The notes beneath the pieces were generated by a model, which was not told the DNA's origin, made no database searches, and saw nothing but the letters and a program-made list of their open reading frames with translations. DNA of 64,000 nt from Candidatus Saganbacteria bacterium (GTDB lineage: Bacteria; Margulisbacteria; WOR-1; O2-12-FULL-45-9): contig JAFGDE010000007.1 in NCBI GenBank assembly GCA_016932255.1, forward strand, positions 269 through 64,268, read 5' to 3'. The position numbers and the translations under genes are program-made. Positions within the stretch are counted from its first letter, which is position 1, and each line of letters starts with the position of its first letter. Below, piece by piece: positions 33,784 to 42,726 of this stretch.

Positions 33784-34824
33784 ATGCCTGAACTGAGAAA
33801 AGACCCGATATCCGAAAGGTGGGTCGTTATTTCTACGGAACGAGGTAAGCGTCCTACTGATTTCAAGATGCCGGCAGTGGCCGATGAATCGGTCGACAGC
33901 GGCGGGGCCAAATGCCCGTTCTGTTCCGGCAACGAAGGTAAAACACCGCCGGAGATCAAGGCCTGGCGTAAACCAGGCACTATGCCTAACACCGAAGGCT
34001 GGGACGTGCGCATTGTCAGCAATAAATTCCCGGCCCTGACCTCGGAGGGTGATGTCAACCGGACCGGTATGGGCGTTTTTGATATGATGAGCGGCATTGG
34101 CGCTCATGAGGTTATCATTGAAACCCCGAATCATGAGATGAATCTTCCGGATATGCCGGACGAGCATGTTGAAAAGGTACTTTGGGCATACAAGCAGCGG
34201 ATAGTCGATCTTTCGCAGGACAGGCGTTTCCGCTACACGCTGATCTTCAAGAATTACGGTAAAGCGGCCGGCGCATCGCTGGCGCATCCGCATTCGCAGC
34301 TGATCTCAACGCCGATAACGCCGCGCTACGTCAAGCTGGAACTGTCGAATTCACGCGAATACTTTTTAGAAAAAGAACGCTGTATCTTTTGCGACATTAT
34401 CCGGCAGGAGCTGGGGTCGGGGGAGCGGGTCGTTTATGAGAACGAGTTCTTTGTCGCCTTCACTCCCTTTGCCTCGCGCTTCCCGTTCGAGATCTGGATC
34501 ATGCCGCGGCGGCACGAATACGCTTACGAGATCATGCCTGATGAGGAAAGATTGCTGCTGGCCCAGTGCTTGAAGGAGATACTCAGCCGGCTGCGCAAGT
34601 GCCTCAATGACCCGCCGTATAATTATGTGCTGCATACCTCGCCCAATCCCTTGCCCAGGCCGGGCAAGCCGGATTATTGGGGCACCATCCAGTACGATTT
34701 TCACTGGCATATGGAGATCATCCCGCGCCTGACCAAAATGGCGGGGTTTGAATGGGGTTCAGGCCTTTATATCAACCCGACCTCGCCGGAGCAAGCGGCC
34801 AAGTTCTTAAGGGATGTAGCCTGA
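33784..34824 (+). CDS. galT: Galactose-1-phosphate uridylyltransferase-family (HIT superfamily) nucleotidyltransferase
   Basis: CPFCSGNE zinc motif and the HPHSQL active-site motif. 346 aa. Confidence 0.8.
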   Translation: MPELRKDPISERWVVISTERGKRPTDFKMPAVADESVDSGGAKCPFCSGNEGKTPPEIKAWRKPGTMPNTEGWDVRIVSNKFPALTSEGDVNRTGMGVFDMMSGIGAHEVIIETPNHEMNLPDMPDEHVEKVLWAYKQRIVDLSQDRRFRYTLIFKNYGKAAGASLAHPHSQLISTPITPRYVKLELSNSREYFLEKERCIFCDIIRQELGSGERVVYENEFFVAFTPFASRFPFEIWIMPRRHEYAYEIMPDEERLLLAQCLKEILSRLRKCLNDPPYNYVLHTSPNPLPRPGKPDYWGTIQYDFHWHMEIIPRLTKMAGFEWGSGLYINPTSPEQAAKFLRDVA

Positions 34825-34831
34825 ACAACGA

Positions 34832-36292
34832 ATGAAGATCCTTTTTGCTGCCTCAGAGGTCGTGCCGTTCGCCAAGACCGGCGGCCTGGCTGATGTTGCC
34901 GGCGCATTACCCAAAGCGATCAAAAAGCTCGGCCACGACATACGTATCGTCCTGCCGCTTTACGGCGGCAAGATCGATCGCGCGAAATGGGGCCTGAAAC
35001 AGATCATTGCTAACCTTGAGATCGAGCTGGGCGAGAATGCCGAGCTTGTCAACATCTTTGAATGTTTGTTGCCAGGGTCTGATATCAGGGTCTATTTTGT
35101 TGATTCCCGCTTTTTCAGCGATCGTAAAGAGCTCTATATGCTGGGCGGCAAGGATAACCCGCAGAATTTTGAGGCTTTTCTTGTTTTCAGCAAAGCGGTC
35201 GTTAATTTCCTCAATGAGTTGAAATGGCGGCCTGATATCATCCACTGTAATGACTGGCAAAGCGGCCTGGTGCCGCTGTTCGTGAAACTGCAGCGCAGGA
35301 AAGATCCGGCTTACAAGCGGACGGCCACTGTTTATTCAGTGCACAATATGGCTTATCAGGGGCTATTCCCGGCTGAAAAATTTGGGCTGTTGGGGCTGCC
35401 AGAGACCTACCTGGGAGAGGACGCGTTGGGCTGTTGGGAAAAGATCTCTTTTGCCAAAGGCGGCTTCCTTTACGCTGATGTCATCAGCACGGTATCGGAG
35501 ACTTACGCCAAAGAGATCCAGACCAAAGAGTACGGTGCGGGCATGGATGACCTGCTGCGGCAAAGAAGCAAGGACCTCTATGGCATAATCAATGGCGTTG
35601 ATTATGAGGTCTGGAACCCGGCCACCGATAAGAACCTGGTCCGCCGCTACACGCGGAACACTTTGTCCCTGCGGCCGGAGAACAAGGCGGCTCTCCAGGA
35701 AGACATGGAACTGCCGCTCGACCCTGATACCCCGCTTTTCGGTATAGTTTCCCGGCTGGACGCGCAAAAAGGTTTTGATATCCTGGATGAAGCGGCCGAG
35801 GACATTATGGGGCTTGACCTGCAGATGTGCCTGCTGGGCACGGGTGATCCGCATTACCATGATCTCTTCCGGCGTTTGAGAAAAGAACACCCGAAGAAAA
35901 TGGGTGTGAAGCTTGGCTTTGACGCGGCGTTGGCAGAAATGATCTATGCCGGTTCCGATTGTTTCCTGATGCCATCCCGCTATGAACCTTGCGGCCTGGG
36001 CCAGTTGATCGGTTTTAAGTACGGCTGCGTGCCTGTAGTGCGCCTGACCGGCGGTCTGGCAGATACGGTCAAAGAATATAACCCGAGAACAGGCAAGGGG
36101 GATGGTTTTGTTTTTGAGGACTACTCCGCCAAAGAACTGTTCAAGGCCATTGAACTGGCGGTCAAGGCTTATCAGGACCAGGCCAAGTGGAAAAAGCTTC
36201 AGCAGCGCATCATGGCTTATGATTTTTCCTGGGATGCTTCGGCAAAAAAATATATAACATTATATATGAAGGCGATAGATAAGGTTATCTGA
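34832..36292 (+). CDS. glgA: Glycogen (starch) synthase
   Basis: MKILFAASEVVPFAKTGGLADV and GT5-family motifs throughout. 486 aa. Confidence 0.95.
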   Translation: MKILFAASEVVPFAKTGGLADVAGALPKAIKKLGHDIRIVLPLYGGKIDRAKWGLKQIIANLEIELGENAELVNIFECLLPGSDIRVYFVDSRFFSDRKELYMLGGKDNPQNFEAFLVFSKAVVNFLNELKWRPDIIHCNDWQSGLVPLFVKLQRRKDPAYKRTATVYSVHNMAYQGLFPAEKFGLLGLPETYLGEDALGCWEKISFAKGGFLYADVISTVSETYAKEIQTKEYGAGMDDLLRQRSKDLYGIINGVDYEVWNPATDKNLVRRYTRNTLSLRPENKAALQEDMELPLDPDTPLFGIVSRLDAQKGFDILDEAAEDIMGLDLQMCLLGTGDPHYHDLFRRLRKEHPKKMGVKLGFDAALAEMIYAGSDCFLMPSRYEPCGLGQLIGFKYGCVPVVRLTGGLADTVKEYNPRTGKGDGFVFEDYSAKELFKAIELAVKAYQDQAKWKKLQQRIMAYDFSWDASAKKYITLYMKAIDKVI

Positions 36293-36344
36293 CGTCAACA
36301 GCATCAGTAAGGAAATCAGTCCAACTTGAGGAGTAAAGCCGGGT

Positions 36345-36890
36345 TTAGCGACCAACAACCACTTTGGCGGGTCGGCCAAATTCCTGCAGCAATTGGTTCA
36401 CTTCTGCCAGCTCAGCTTGCGCCTCTGGCGTGCTCAGGTCGTCGCCGACATTATTCTTGGCCTTAAGGACCCTGAGATAAAGGAAGGCACTGCCGGCCCT
36501 GAGCAGGGCGTCGTCCATGGGTAGATTGAATTTGGTGGCAGCTTCGCGGAAGACCATTGTTAATATCTCCATCAGGACGGAAGTATGCCACGGCTCGACA
36601 TGCGGTCTCCAGTCGCTCCACTTCTGCCAATCCCTGATCGGCTGGCCCATGCCCATGGCCCTGGCCTTTTCCTGGGTAAAAGCCAGGATCTTATCCAATG
36701 TGTCAAGCTGATAGGAGGCGAATAAGTGTGACCTGGGATTTATTTCGTGAAGGAGCTCGTCCCATTGGTCATATTGCAGCGGGCCGATGCGCAGGTTAGG
36801 CGGGATCGGCTGACGCAGATCGATTCTCCGCGGCCTGACAAGCCTGGAGAATGAGCGGACGGGTCTTAGAATGACGCTGCATATCTTCAT
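36345..36890 (-). CDS. Hypothetical protein (cargo gene A of the glgA-yebC island)
   Basis: ORF trimmed to MKICSVILRP.... The upstream 32 codons of the tracked ORF are antisense to the yebC' relic. No motif recognised. Confidence 0.45.
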   Translation of the reverse strand: MKICSVILRPVRSFSRLVRPRRIDLRQPIPPNLRIGPLQYDQWDELLHEINPRSHLFASYQLDTLDKILAFTQEKARAMGMGQPIRDWQKWSDWRPHVEPWHTSVLMEILTMVFREAATKFNLPMDDALLRAGSAFLYLRVLKAKNNVGDDLSTPEAQAELAEVNQLLQEFGRPAKVVVGR

Positions 36891-36957
36891 ACTAATATAT
36901 ATCGTTAAAAACAGTGAAGTATTGCAGCCCTGAAGCGAAAAATATCTTCTCCCAATC

Positions 36958-37087
36958 ATGTTCGGACATTCCAAATGGTCGACCATTGATGAGATCGCTT
37001 ATGAAGGGGACGGACCTTCCGGAGTGGCGATAATGATCGAGGCAATGACCGATAACAAACAGCGCAGCGGCCTTGCTTCAGGCGGTA
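36958..37087 (+). pseudogene. Relic of the yebC 5' region with an internal deletion
   Basis: [10 protein letters not shown]|[26 protein letters not shown] compares with the intact yeb[11 protein letters not shown]...(74 aa)...[26 protein letters not shown]. The deletion junction lies at the repeated ACCAT(C/T). Confidence 0.8.
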
Positions 37088-37229
37088 AAAGAGCGCTGGA
37101 AACTTATCAAGATGAAAAAACATGGAAAAGATGCAGGGAAAAGCAATGAGTTATGGCTATTCCTGGGACGCTTCGGTTAAAAAATATATTTCGTTGTATG
37201 CGAAGGTTGTGGATAAAGTTATTAAATAA
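37088..37229 (+). pseudogene. Relic of the glgA 3' end, fused to the yebC' relic
   Basis: [17 protein letters not shown](frameshift)[27 protein letters not shown] compares with the glgA C-terminus AVKAYQDQAKWKKLQQRIMAYDFSWDASAKKYITLYMKAIDKVI*. Confidence 0.8.
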
Positions 37230-37233
37230 AGAC

Positions 37234-37926
37234 TTAATCTCGGCTTGCTAACCATCGCACAAAATCTATTATTTCAGAAGGGATTAAATTCAGAATAACT
37301 GGACTTGAGATCGGCAAAACATCGGCAGCGCTGCAGCCACAGCCTCTATGTCTTACTCTTATTCTTTCCAATTGAGCGTTCAATCTTTCCTGCTGTTCTC
37401 GAGCCATTCTAATATCTGTCCATAGTTCTCCTTGTTGCCTTTGTAGATCATGTCTTTGCTCCATCAGGCGCGTGCTTTCTCTTTGTAATTGGTGGCATCT
37501 TTGTGATAATACATCTCTTGATGTTTGAAGTCTTAGGAGTGCTTGCCTTATTTCTTCATAATGTTGCGGTTCAAATGTTGATCGCTGAAGCAATTCCCGT
37601 GAAAGGCTGTGAGATCGCAGTATTTGATGGTGCGTCAGCGCTAATTCAGAATTTACTTCCAGTTCTTGTTGTTCAATTCTGCGGATTTCCTGTCTGATTT
37701 CTGTTAATCTGCGTTCGTTATAAGAAGGCTGTCTAATTCTTAATTGATCTGATTCTTCCGGTTCTAATCCTTGCTGTTGCTGCATTGATCTAATCGCTTC
37801 TTGAAGTGGGCGTGGATCAGATTGTGGAGCAAGTGGATTCTTGGCGCATGGCATGCTTAATGCTTGTCCGCTTATATTAAAAAGGTCACACATTGAATAT
37901 TCTTCCCAAGCCTTTATCAGTAGCAT
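37234..37926 (-). CDS. Hypothetical Gln/Arg/Glu-rich coiled-coil protein (cargo gene B), AT-rich
   Basis: 230-aa ORF with heptad-like QQ/ER-rich segments. Hand counts on two 60-nt lines give about 32% and 40% G+C. No motif recognised. Confidence 0.45.
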   Translation of the reverse strand: MLLIKAWEEYSMCDLFNISGQALSMPCAKNPLAPQSDPRPLQEAIRSMQQQQGLEPEESDQLRIRQPSYNERRLTEIRQEIRRIEQQELEVNSELALTHHQILRSHSLSRELLQRSTFEPQHYEEIRQALLRLQTSRDVLSQRCHQLQRESTRLMEQRHDLQRQQGELWTDIRMAREQQERLNAQLERIRVRHRGCGCSAADVLPISSPVILNLIPSEIIDFVRWLASRD

Positions 37927-37964
37927 TTTTGGGGAATTTCACTCTTTTATAGAGAAAAATATTG

Positions 37965-37973
37965 TGCTAAAAT
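37965..37973 (+). promoter_or_regulatory. Extended -10 box (TGCTAAAAT) 9 nt upstream of the yebC ATG
   Basis: TG 37965-37966, TAAAAT 37968-37973 and ATG 37983, with no SD. Confidence 0.35.
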
Positions 37974-37982
37974 TATAAAGTT

Positions 37983-38732
37983 ATGTCCGGACATTCCAAA
38001 TGGTCTACCATCAAGCATAAGAAAGCCAAGACCGATGCCGTGCGCGGCAAGGTCTTTACTAAGATCATCCGCGAGATCGTTTCGGCGGCCAAGCAGGGCG
38101 GCGGCGATATTGAAGCCAACCCGCGGCTGCGCCTGGCGGTCGATAAGGCCCGCGAAGCCAATATGCCCAGCGATAATATCGATCGCGCTATTGCCAAAGC
38201 AACGGGTACGGGCGAGGGCATGACCATTGATGAGGTCACTTATGAAGGGTACGGGCCTTCCGGAGTGGCCGTCATGATCGAGGCTATGACCGATAACAAA
38301 CAACGCACAGTGGCTGAGATCAGGAACATCTTTACTAAGGCTGGCGGGAATATGGGTTCTTCAGGTTGTGTTTCCTATCTATTCAACAAAAAAGGCAGTC
38401 TGGTCTTTGATAAGGCCGGCATTGACGAAGATGCTTTGGGGCTGGAAGCGATCGAGGCAGGGGCAGAGGACCTCCATTCAGAAGAGAGCACGATCGAGAT
38501 CGTGACTTCACCTGAGAATTACCAAAAGGTTAAGGACGCGCTCAAAGCCAAAGGTTTTACGCCTTCTTCATCAGAAGTGACCATGGTGCCGACCACAACG
38601 GTCAAGGTCACAGGCGATGACGCGCCAAAGGTCATCAAGCTGGTCCAGACACTTGAGGACCATGATGACGTACAGAACGTATACGCTAATTTCGATATTC
38701 CTGACGATATCCTCGAAAAAGAAAGCCAGTAA
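37983..38732 (+). CDS. yebC: YebC/PmpR-family transcriptional regulator
   Basis: [32 protein letters not shown]... is the family signature. 249 aa. Confidence 0.9.
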   Translation: MSGHSKWSTIKHKKAKTDAVRGKVFTKIIREIVSAAKQGGGDIEANPRLRLAVDKAREANMPSDNIDRAIAKATGTGEGMTIDEVTYEGYGPSGVAVMIEAMTDNKQRTVAEIRNIFTKAGGNMGSSGCVSYLFNKKGSLVFDKAGIDEDALGLEAIEAGAEDLHSEESTIEIVTSPENYQKVKDALKAKGFTPSSSEVTMVPTTTVKVTGDDAPKVIKLVQTLEDHDDVQNVYANFDIPDDILEKESQ

Positions 38733-38759
38733 GAGCCGTTTTCTAGCTGCCCGGCTTTG

Positions 38760-38768
38760 TGCTACAAT
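38760..38768 (+). promoter_or_regulatory. Extended -10 box (TGCTACAAT) 6 nt upstream of the PHP phosphatase ATG
   Basis: TG 38760-38761, TACAAT 38763-38768 and ATG 38775, with no SD. Confidence 0.4.
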
Positions 38769-38774
38769 AACCGC

Positions 38775-39491
38775 ATGAAGATAGCTGCTGATCTGCATGT
38801 GCATACGATCTCATCCGGTCACGCGTATTCGACGATTGAAGAATACGTTGCCCGGGCAAAAAAGATCGGCTTAAAAGGCTTTGCCGTGACCGATCACGGC
38901 CCGGCCATGCCCGGCGCGCCGCATGCTTATCATTTCCAGAACATGCGCATGATCCCAGAGAAGATGAACGGCGTCAGGATCTACCGCGGGATCGAATCGA
39001 ATATAATCAGCGCTGACGGCGACATCGATCTGCCTGAAGAAACCTTCACCAGGCTTGAGGTCGTCATGGTAGCGATGCACCCGCGCTGCGGCTATCCCGA
39101 TCATGGCGAGGAACGCAATACCCAGGTACTGCTCAAGGCCTTGAGCAAGAACCCGCGCATCAATGTTATAGCGCATCCGGGTAATCCCAAGTACGCCATT
39201 AAGATCAGGGAAACCGTGGCCGCTCTTAAGAACCGCGGCATCGCCCTGGAGATCAATAACAGCTCATTCACCAGCCGGGTGGGCAGCTGGGAACGCTGTC
39301 TGGAATTCGCCCGCGAGATCAAACGCCAGGACGGCCGGGTTATCCTGACGACCGACTCACATATCTCGACCATGCTGGGCGTGATCGATAAATCGCTTCA
39401 AATAGTTAAAGAAGCCGGCTTGAGCGAGAAGCATGTGATCAATACTTCGCTCAAGAAGATCGAGGACTTCATTGCGGGAAAAAGCGTTTGA
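38775..39491 (+). CDS. PHP-domain phosphatase (YcdX-like)
   Basis: MKIAADLHVHTISSGHAYSTIEEY...AVTDHGP... plus distal His/Asp ligands (IAHPGNP, TTDSH). Confidence 0.75.
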   Translation: MKIAADLHVHTISSGHAYSTIEEYVARAKKIGLKGFAVTDHGPAMPGAPHAYHFQNMRMIPEKMNGVRIYRGIESNIISADGDIDLPEETFTRLEVVMVAMHPRCGYPDHGEERNTQVLLKALSKNPRINVIAHPGNPKYAIKIRETVAALKNRGIALEINNSSFTSRVGSWERCLEFAREIKRQDGRVILTTDSHISTMLGVIDKSLQIVKEAGLSEKHVINTSLKKIEDFIAGKSV

Positions 39492-39747
39492 GCTGACCGA
39501 GTTCGAAAAAAAGGTCTATGCGGCGGTCAGGCAGATCCCGTGGGGTGAGGTCAGGACATACGGCTGGGTGGCCAGGAAGATCGGCCGGCCTAAAGCCTGC
39601 CGCGCGGTCGGCAACGCTCTGAACAAGAACCCGTTCGCGCCCAAGGTCCCTTGCCATAGGGTGGTAGCGGCAGGCGGTTTGGGCGGGTTTGCCGGCGGCC
39701 TGGCGGCAAAGAAAAGGCTTTTAAGGGCAGAGGGATACAAATGTTAG
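39472..39747 (+). CDS. MGMT-family protein (O6-alkylguanine-DNA alkyltransferase C-terminal domain only)
   Basis: 91 aa. [27 protein letters not shown]...[22 protein letters not shown] carries the PCHR active-site motif. Confidence 0.8.
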   Translation: MREKAFELTEFEKKVYAAVRQIPWGEVRTYGWVARKIGRPKACRAVGNALNKNPFAPKVPCHRVVAAGGLGGFAGGLAAKKRLLRAEGYKC

Positions 39748-40502
39748 CTAAAAGGATCATACCGTGTCTGGACGTGACCGAGGGCCGCGTGGTTAAAGGG
39801 GTCAAGTTCGTTGACCTGATCGACGCGGGCGACCCGGTCGAGCTGGCCGCGTTCTATGATAAGGAGGGCGCTGACGAGCTGGTCTTTCTGGATATCACAG
39901 CTTCGTCTGATAAGCGCTACATCATGCTGGACGTAGTCAAAGGTGTGGCGGAAAAGGTCTATATACCGTTCACGGTCGGCGGCGGCATTAATAATGTTGA
40001 AACAATGAGGCAAATCCTGGCCGCTGGCGCGGACAAGATCTCGGTCAACACTGCGGCGATAAATAATCCCGACCTGCTCAAGCAGGGCGCGGAAAAGTTT
40101 GGTTCCCAGTGCATTGTGCTGGCGATCGATGCCAAACGTAAAGCCGACGGCTCCGTTTGGGAAGTTTATACACATGGCGGCAGGACCCCGACCGGTATTG
40201 ACGCGGTCGAATGGGCCAAAAAAGGCGTGTCTTTCGGGGCGGGCGAGATTTTGCTCACCAGCATGGACCGTGACGGGACCAAGATTGGCTATGATCTGGA
40301 ACTGACCAGGGCGATCGCTGATGCGGTCGCAGTCCCGGTCATTGCTTCAGGCGGAGCAGGGACTAGCGAACACATCTATGAATCGTTCGTTAAAGGCAAA
40401 GCGGACGCGGCCCTGCTGGCCTCTCTGCTGCACTTTCGTGAATTGACCGTGAAGGAGATCAAGGATTATCTTGTCGATAGAGGCATTACTGTCAGACAAT
40501 AA
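39741..40502 (+). CDS. hisF: Imidazole glycerol phosphate synthase cyclase subunit HisF (or HisF-like paralog)
   Basis: [20 protein letters not shown] and (beta/alpha)8 phosphate-binding motifs. No other his genes are in the window. Confidence 0.85.
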   Translation: MLAKRIIPCLDVTEGRVVKGVKFVDLIDAGDPVELAAFYDKEGADELVFLDITASSDKRYIMLDVVKGVAEKVYIPFTVGGGINNVETMRQILAAGADKISVNTAAINNPDLLKQGAEKFGSQCIVLAIDAKRKADGSVWEVYTHGGRTPTGIDAVEWAKKGVSFGAGEILLTSMDRDGTKIGYDLELTRAIADAVAVPVIASGGAGTSEHIYESFVKGKADAALLASLLHFRELTVKEIKDYLVDRGITVRQ

Positions 40503-41310
40503 ACGGCTGGTAGACCGTGCCCTGGATCGCTATCTGCCGAAAAAGGGCAAGCTGGCCAGCGCCATGCGATATTCGCTCTTTGCCGGCGGCAAGCGCTTTC
40601 GTCCGCTGCTTTGTCTGGCAACTGCCAGGGCCTTGGGCAAACCGGCCAAAAAGGTTTTGCCTGTTGCCTGCGCTATAGAAATGATCCATACATTTACCCT
40701 GATCCATGATGACTTGCCGGGCATGGATAACAGCGATAGGCGCCGAGGCAAGCTTACCTGCCACAAGAAATTCAATGAAGCCACGGCCATCCTGGCTGGG
40801 GACGCACTCAACACACTGGCTTTTGATGTCCTAGCCCGGGAAACAGGCAACAGTGAGATCATCTCTGAGGTCGGCCGGGCGCTCATGGAAGTGGTTGAGG
40901 GCCAGGTGCTTGATCTTGAGTCAGAGGGCAAGCGGATCGGCCTGGCCAGGCTCAAGGCTATTCATCAGCTTAAAACAGCTGCATTATTGCGAGCTTGTGT
41001 CCGTGCCAGTGCTCTTGAACTCAACGCGAACAAAAAACAGCTCAAAGCCCTGAGCGGTTTTGCCGGACATATTGGTCTTGCTTTCCAGATAGCTGATGAT
41101 ATACTGGACGCAACTGGCACGGCCAAAGAACTTGGCAAACCGGTCAAAGCCGATAAAAGTAAGGGTTTTCCTTTTATTATTGGTCTGGCGCGCTCCCGCT
41201 CAATGGCCGAAGCGGAAAAACAGGCAGCGCTCAAATGCTTGCAGCCATTCGGCAAGAAAGCAAAAATATTGCGGCAAATAACCGAATTTGTCGTAGCCAG
41301 GAAAAAATAA
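40471..41310 (+). CDS. Short-chain trans-polyprenyl diphosphate synthase (FPP/GGPP synthase type)
   Basis: First DDxxD region [16 protein letters not shown] and second motif FQIADDILD. The TTG start is uncertain. Confidence 0.8.
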   Translation: MSIEALLSDNKRLVDRALDRYLPKKGKLASAMRYSLFAGGKRFRPLLCLATARALGKPAKKVLPVACAIEMIHTFTLIHDDLPGMDNSDRRRGKLTCHKKFNEATAILAGDALNTLAFDVLARETGNSEIISEVGRALMEVVEGQVLDLESEGKRIGLARLKAIHQLKTAALLRACVRASALELNANKKQLKALSGFAGHIGLAFQIADDILDATGTAKELGKPVKADKSKGFPFIIGLARSRSMAEAEKQAALKCLQPFGKKAKILRQITEFVVARKK

Positions 41311-42726
41311 ATGTTCTATCCATCTGAAAAAGAGTTCATCAAGCTGGCTAAGAAAGGGAATCTTATCCCTGTTTACAAGGAGATCGTGGCTGACATGGAA
41401 ACGCCTGTGTCAGCTTATAAAAAGATCGAGGGCGAGTATTCCTTTTTACTTGAGTCGGTCGAAGGCGGCGAAAAGGTCGCCCGCTATTCTTTTCTGGGAA
41501 CAGGATCAAAAAAAGAACTGTTCGCTTTTGATTCTTTTGAGGCGATCCGTACGGTCCTGCGCCAGTTCAAGCCTGTTACAGCCAAGGGTTTGCCGCGCTT
41601 TCACGGCGGCCTGGTCGGTTATGTTAGCTACGATATGGTCAGGGAGATCGAAGACATTCCTAATTCTAACCCTAACGACCTGGACCTGCCGAAAATGCTC
41701 TTTTTGCTGACCGATACTATCCTGGCCTTTGACCACGTCAAGCATAAGATCATTATCATCTCTAATGCTAAGGTCCAGGGCAGCCCGGCCGCGGCTTACA
41801 AGGCGGCCTGTGCCAAGATCAAAAAGCTGGAACAACAGCTCAAGACCCCGCTTAAACTGACCAAGGAAGAATTCGAGCTCAGGTCAGAGAGCAGCAAAGA
41901 ACTAAAGTACAGATCAAATTTTACCAGGGTTGGTTTTGAAGCCGCGGTCGAAAAGGCCAAAGGATACATCAGGGCTGGGGATATTATCCAGGTAGTGCCG
42001 TCCCAACGGTTCGCTGTCAACTGTCAGGCCGATCCTTTTAAGGTTTACCGCGTTCTGCGCACGGTCAATCCGTCGCCTTACATGTATTACCTCAAGTTCG
42101 GCCAGGTCAAGATAGTTGGCGCTTCGCCTGAAGTCATGGTCCGGCTGGAAAGCGGTAAGGCTATTGTCCGGCCGATCGCCGGGACCAGGCGCCGGGGCAA
42201 AGATGAGACGGAAGATGCTGCGCTGGCCAAGGAATTGCTCGCTTCTGAAAAAGAGCGGGCCGAGCACATCATGCTGGTCGACCTGGGCCGCAACGACCTT
42301 GGCCGGGTCTGCCGGCCGGGCACCGTTAAGGTGACCGAGGAAATGGTCATCGAGCGCTACTCTCACGTTATGCATATTGTCAGCAATGTGTCCGGCGAAC
42401 TGAACAAGGGCAAGGATTCCATCGATCTGCTCAAGGCGACTTTTCCGGCCGGCACTGTTTCCGGCGCGCCCAAGGTCAGGGCCATGGAGATTATTGATGA
42501 GCTGGAGAACATCCAGCGCGGGCCGTACGCCGGCTGTGTCGGCTATTTCGGCTTTTCCGGGGAACTGGACTCTTGCATTACCATCAGAACAATAATCTTC
42601 AAGGGGCAGCAAGCCTATGTGCAGGCCGGGGCGGGCATTGTGGCGGATTCCGTGCCGGTTGAAGAGTTCAAAGAGACCCTCAATAAGGCGACCGCCATGC
42701 TCCGGGCGATCGAACTGGCTTCATGA
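41311..42726 (+). CDS. trpE: Anthranilate synthase component I (chorismate-utilising MST family)
   Basis: LIPVYKEIVADMETPVSAYKKI, FLLESVEGGEKVARYSFLG, NPSPYMYYL and GAPKVRAMEII motifs. No trpG/D/C/B/A adjacent. Confidence 0.75.
   Translation: MFYPSEKEFIKLAKKGNLIPVYKEIVADMETPVSAYKKIEGEYSFLLESVEGGEKVARYSFLGTGSKKELFAFDSFEAIRTVLRQFKPVTAKGLPRFHGGLVGYVSYDMVREIEDIPNSNPNDLDLPKMLFLLTDTILAFDHVKHKIIIISNAKVQGSPAAAYKAACAKIKKLEQQLKTPLKLTKEEFELRSESSKELKYRSNFTRVGFEAAVEKAKGYIRAGDIIQVVPSQRFAVNCQADPFKVYRVLRTVNPSPYMYYLKFGQVKIVGASPEVMVRLESGKAIVRPIAGTRRRGKDETEDAALAKELLASEKERAEHIMLVDLGRNDLGRVCRPGTVKVTEEMVIERYSHVMHIVSNVSGELNKGKDSIDLLKATFPAGTVSGAPKVRAMEIIDELENIQRGPYAGCVGYFGFSGELDSCITIRTIIFKGQQAYVQAGAGIVADSVPVEEFKETLNKATAMLRAIELAS

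Noticed and set aside
36958-37149. The tracked 63-aa ORF as a real small gene.
   Set aside because: It is a chimera of a deleted yebC 5' fragment and an out-of-frame glgA 3' fragment. It is annotated as relics instead.
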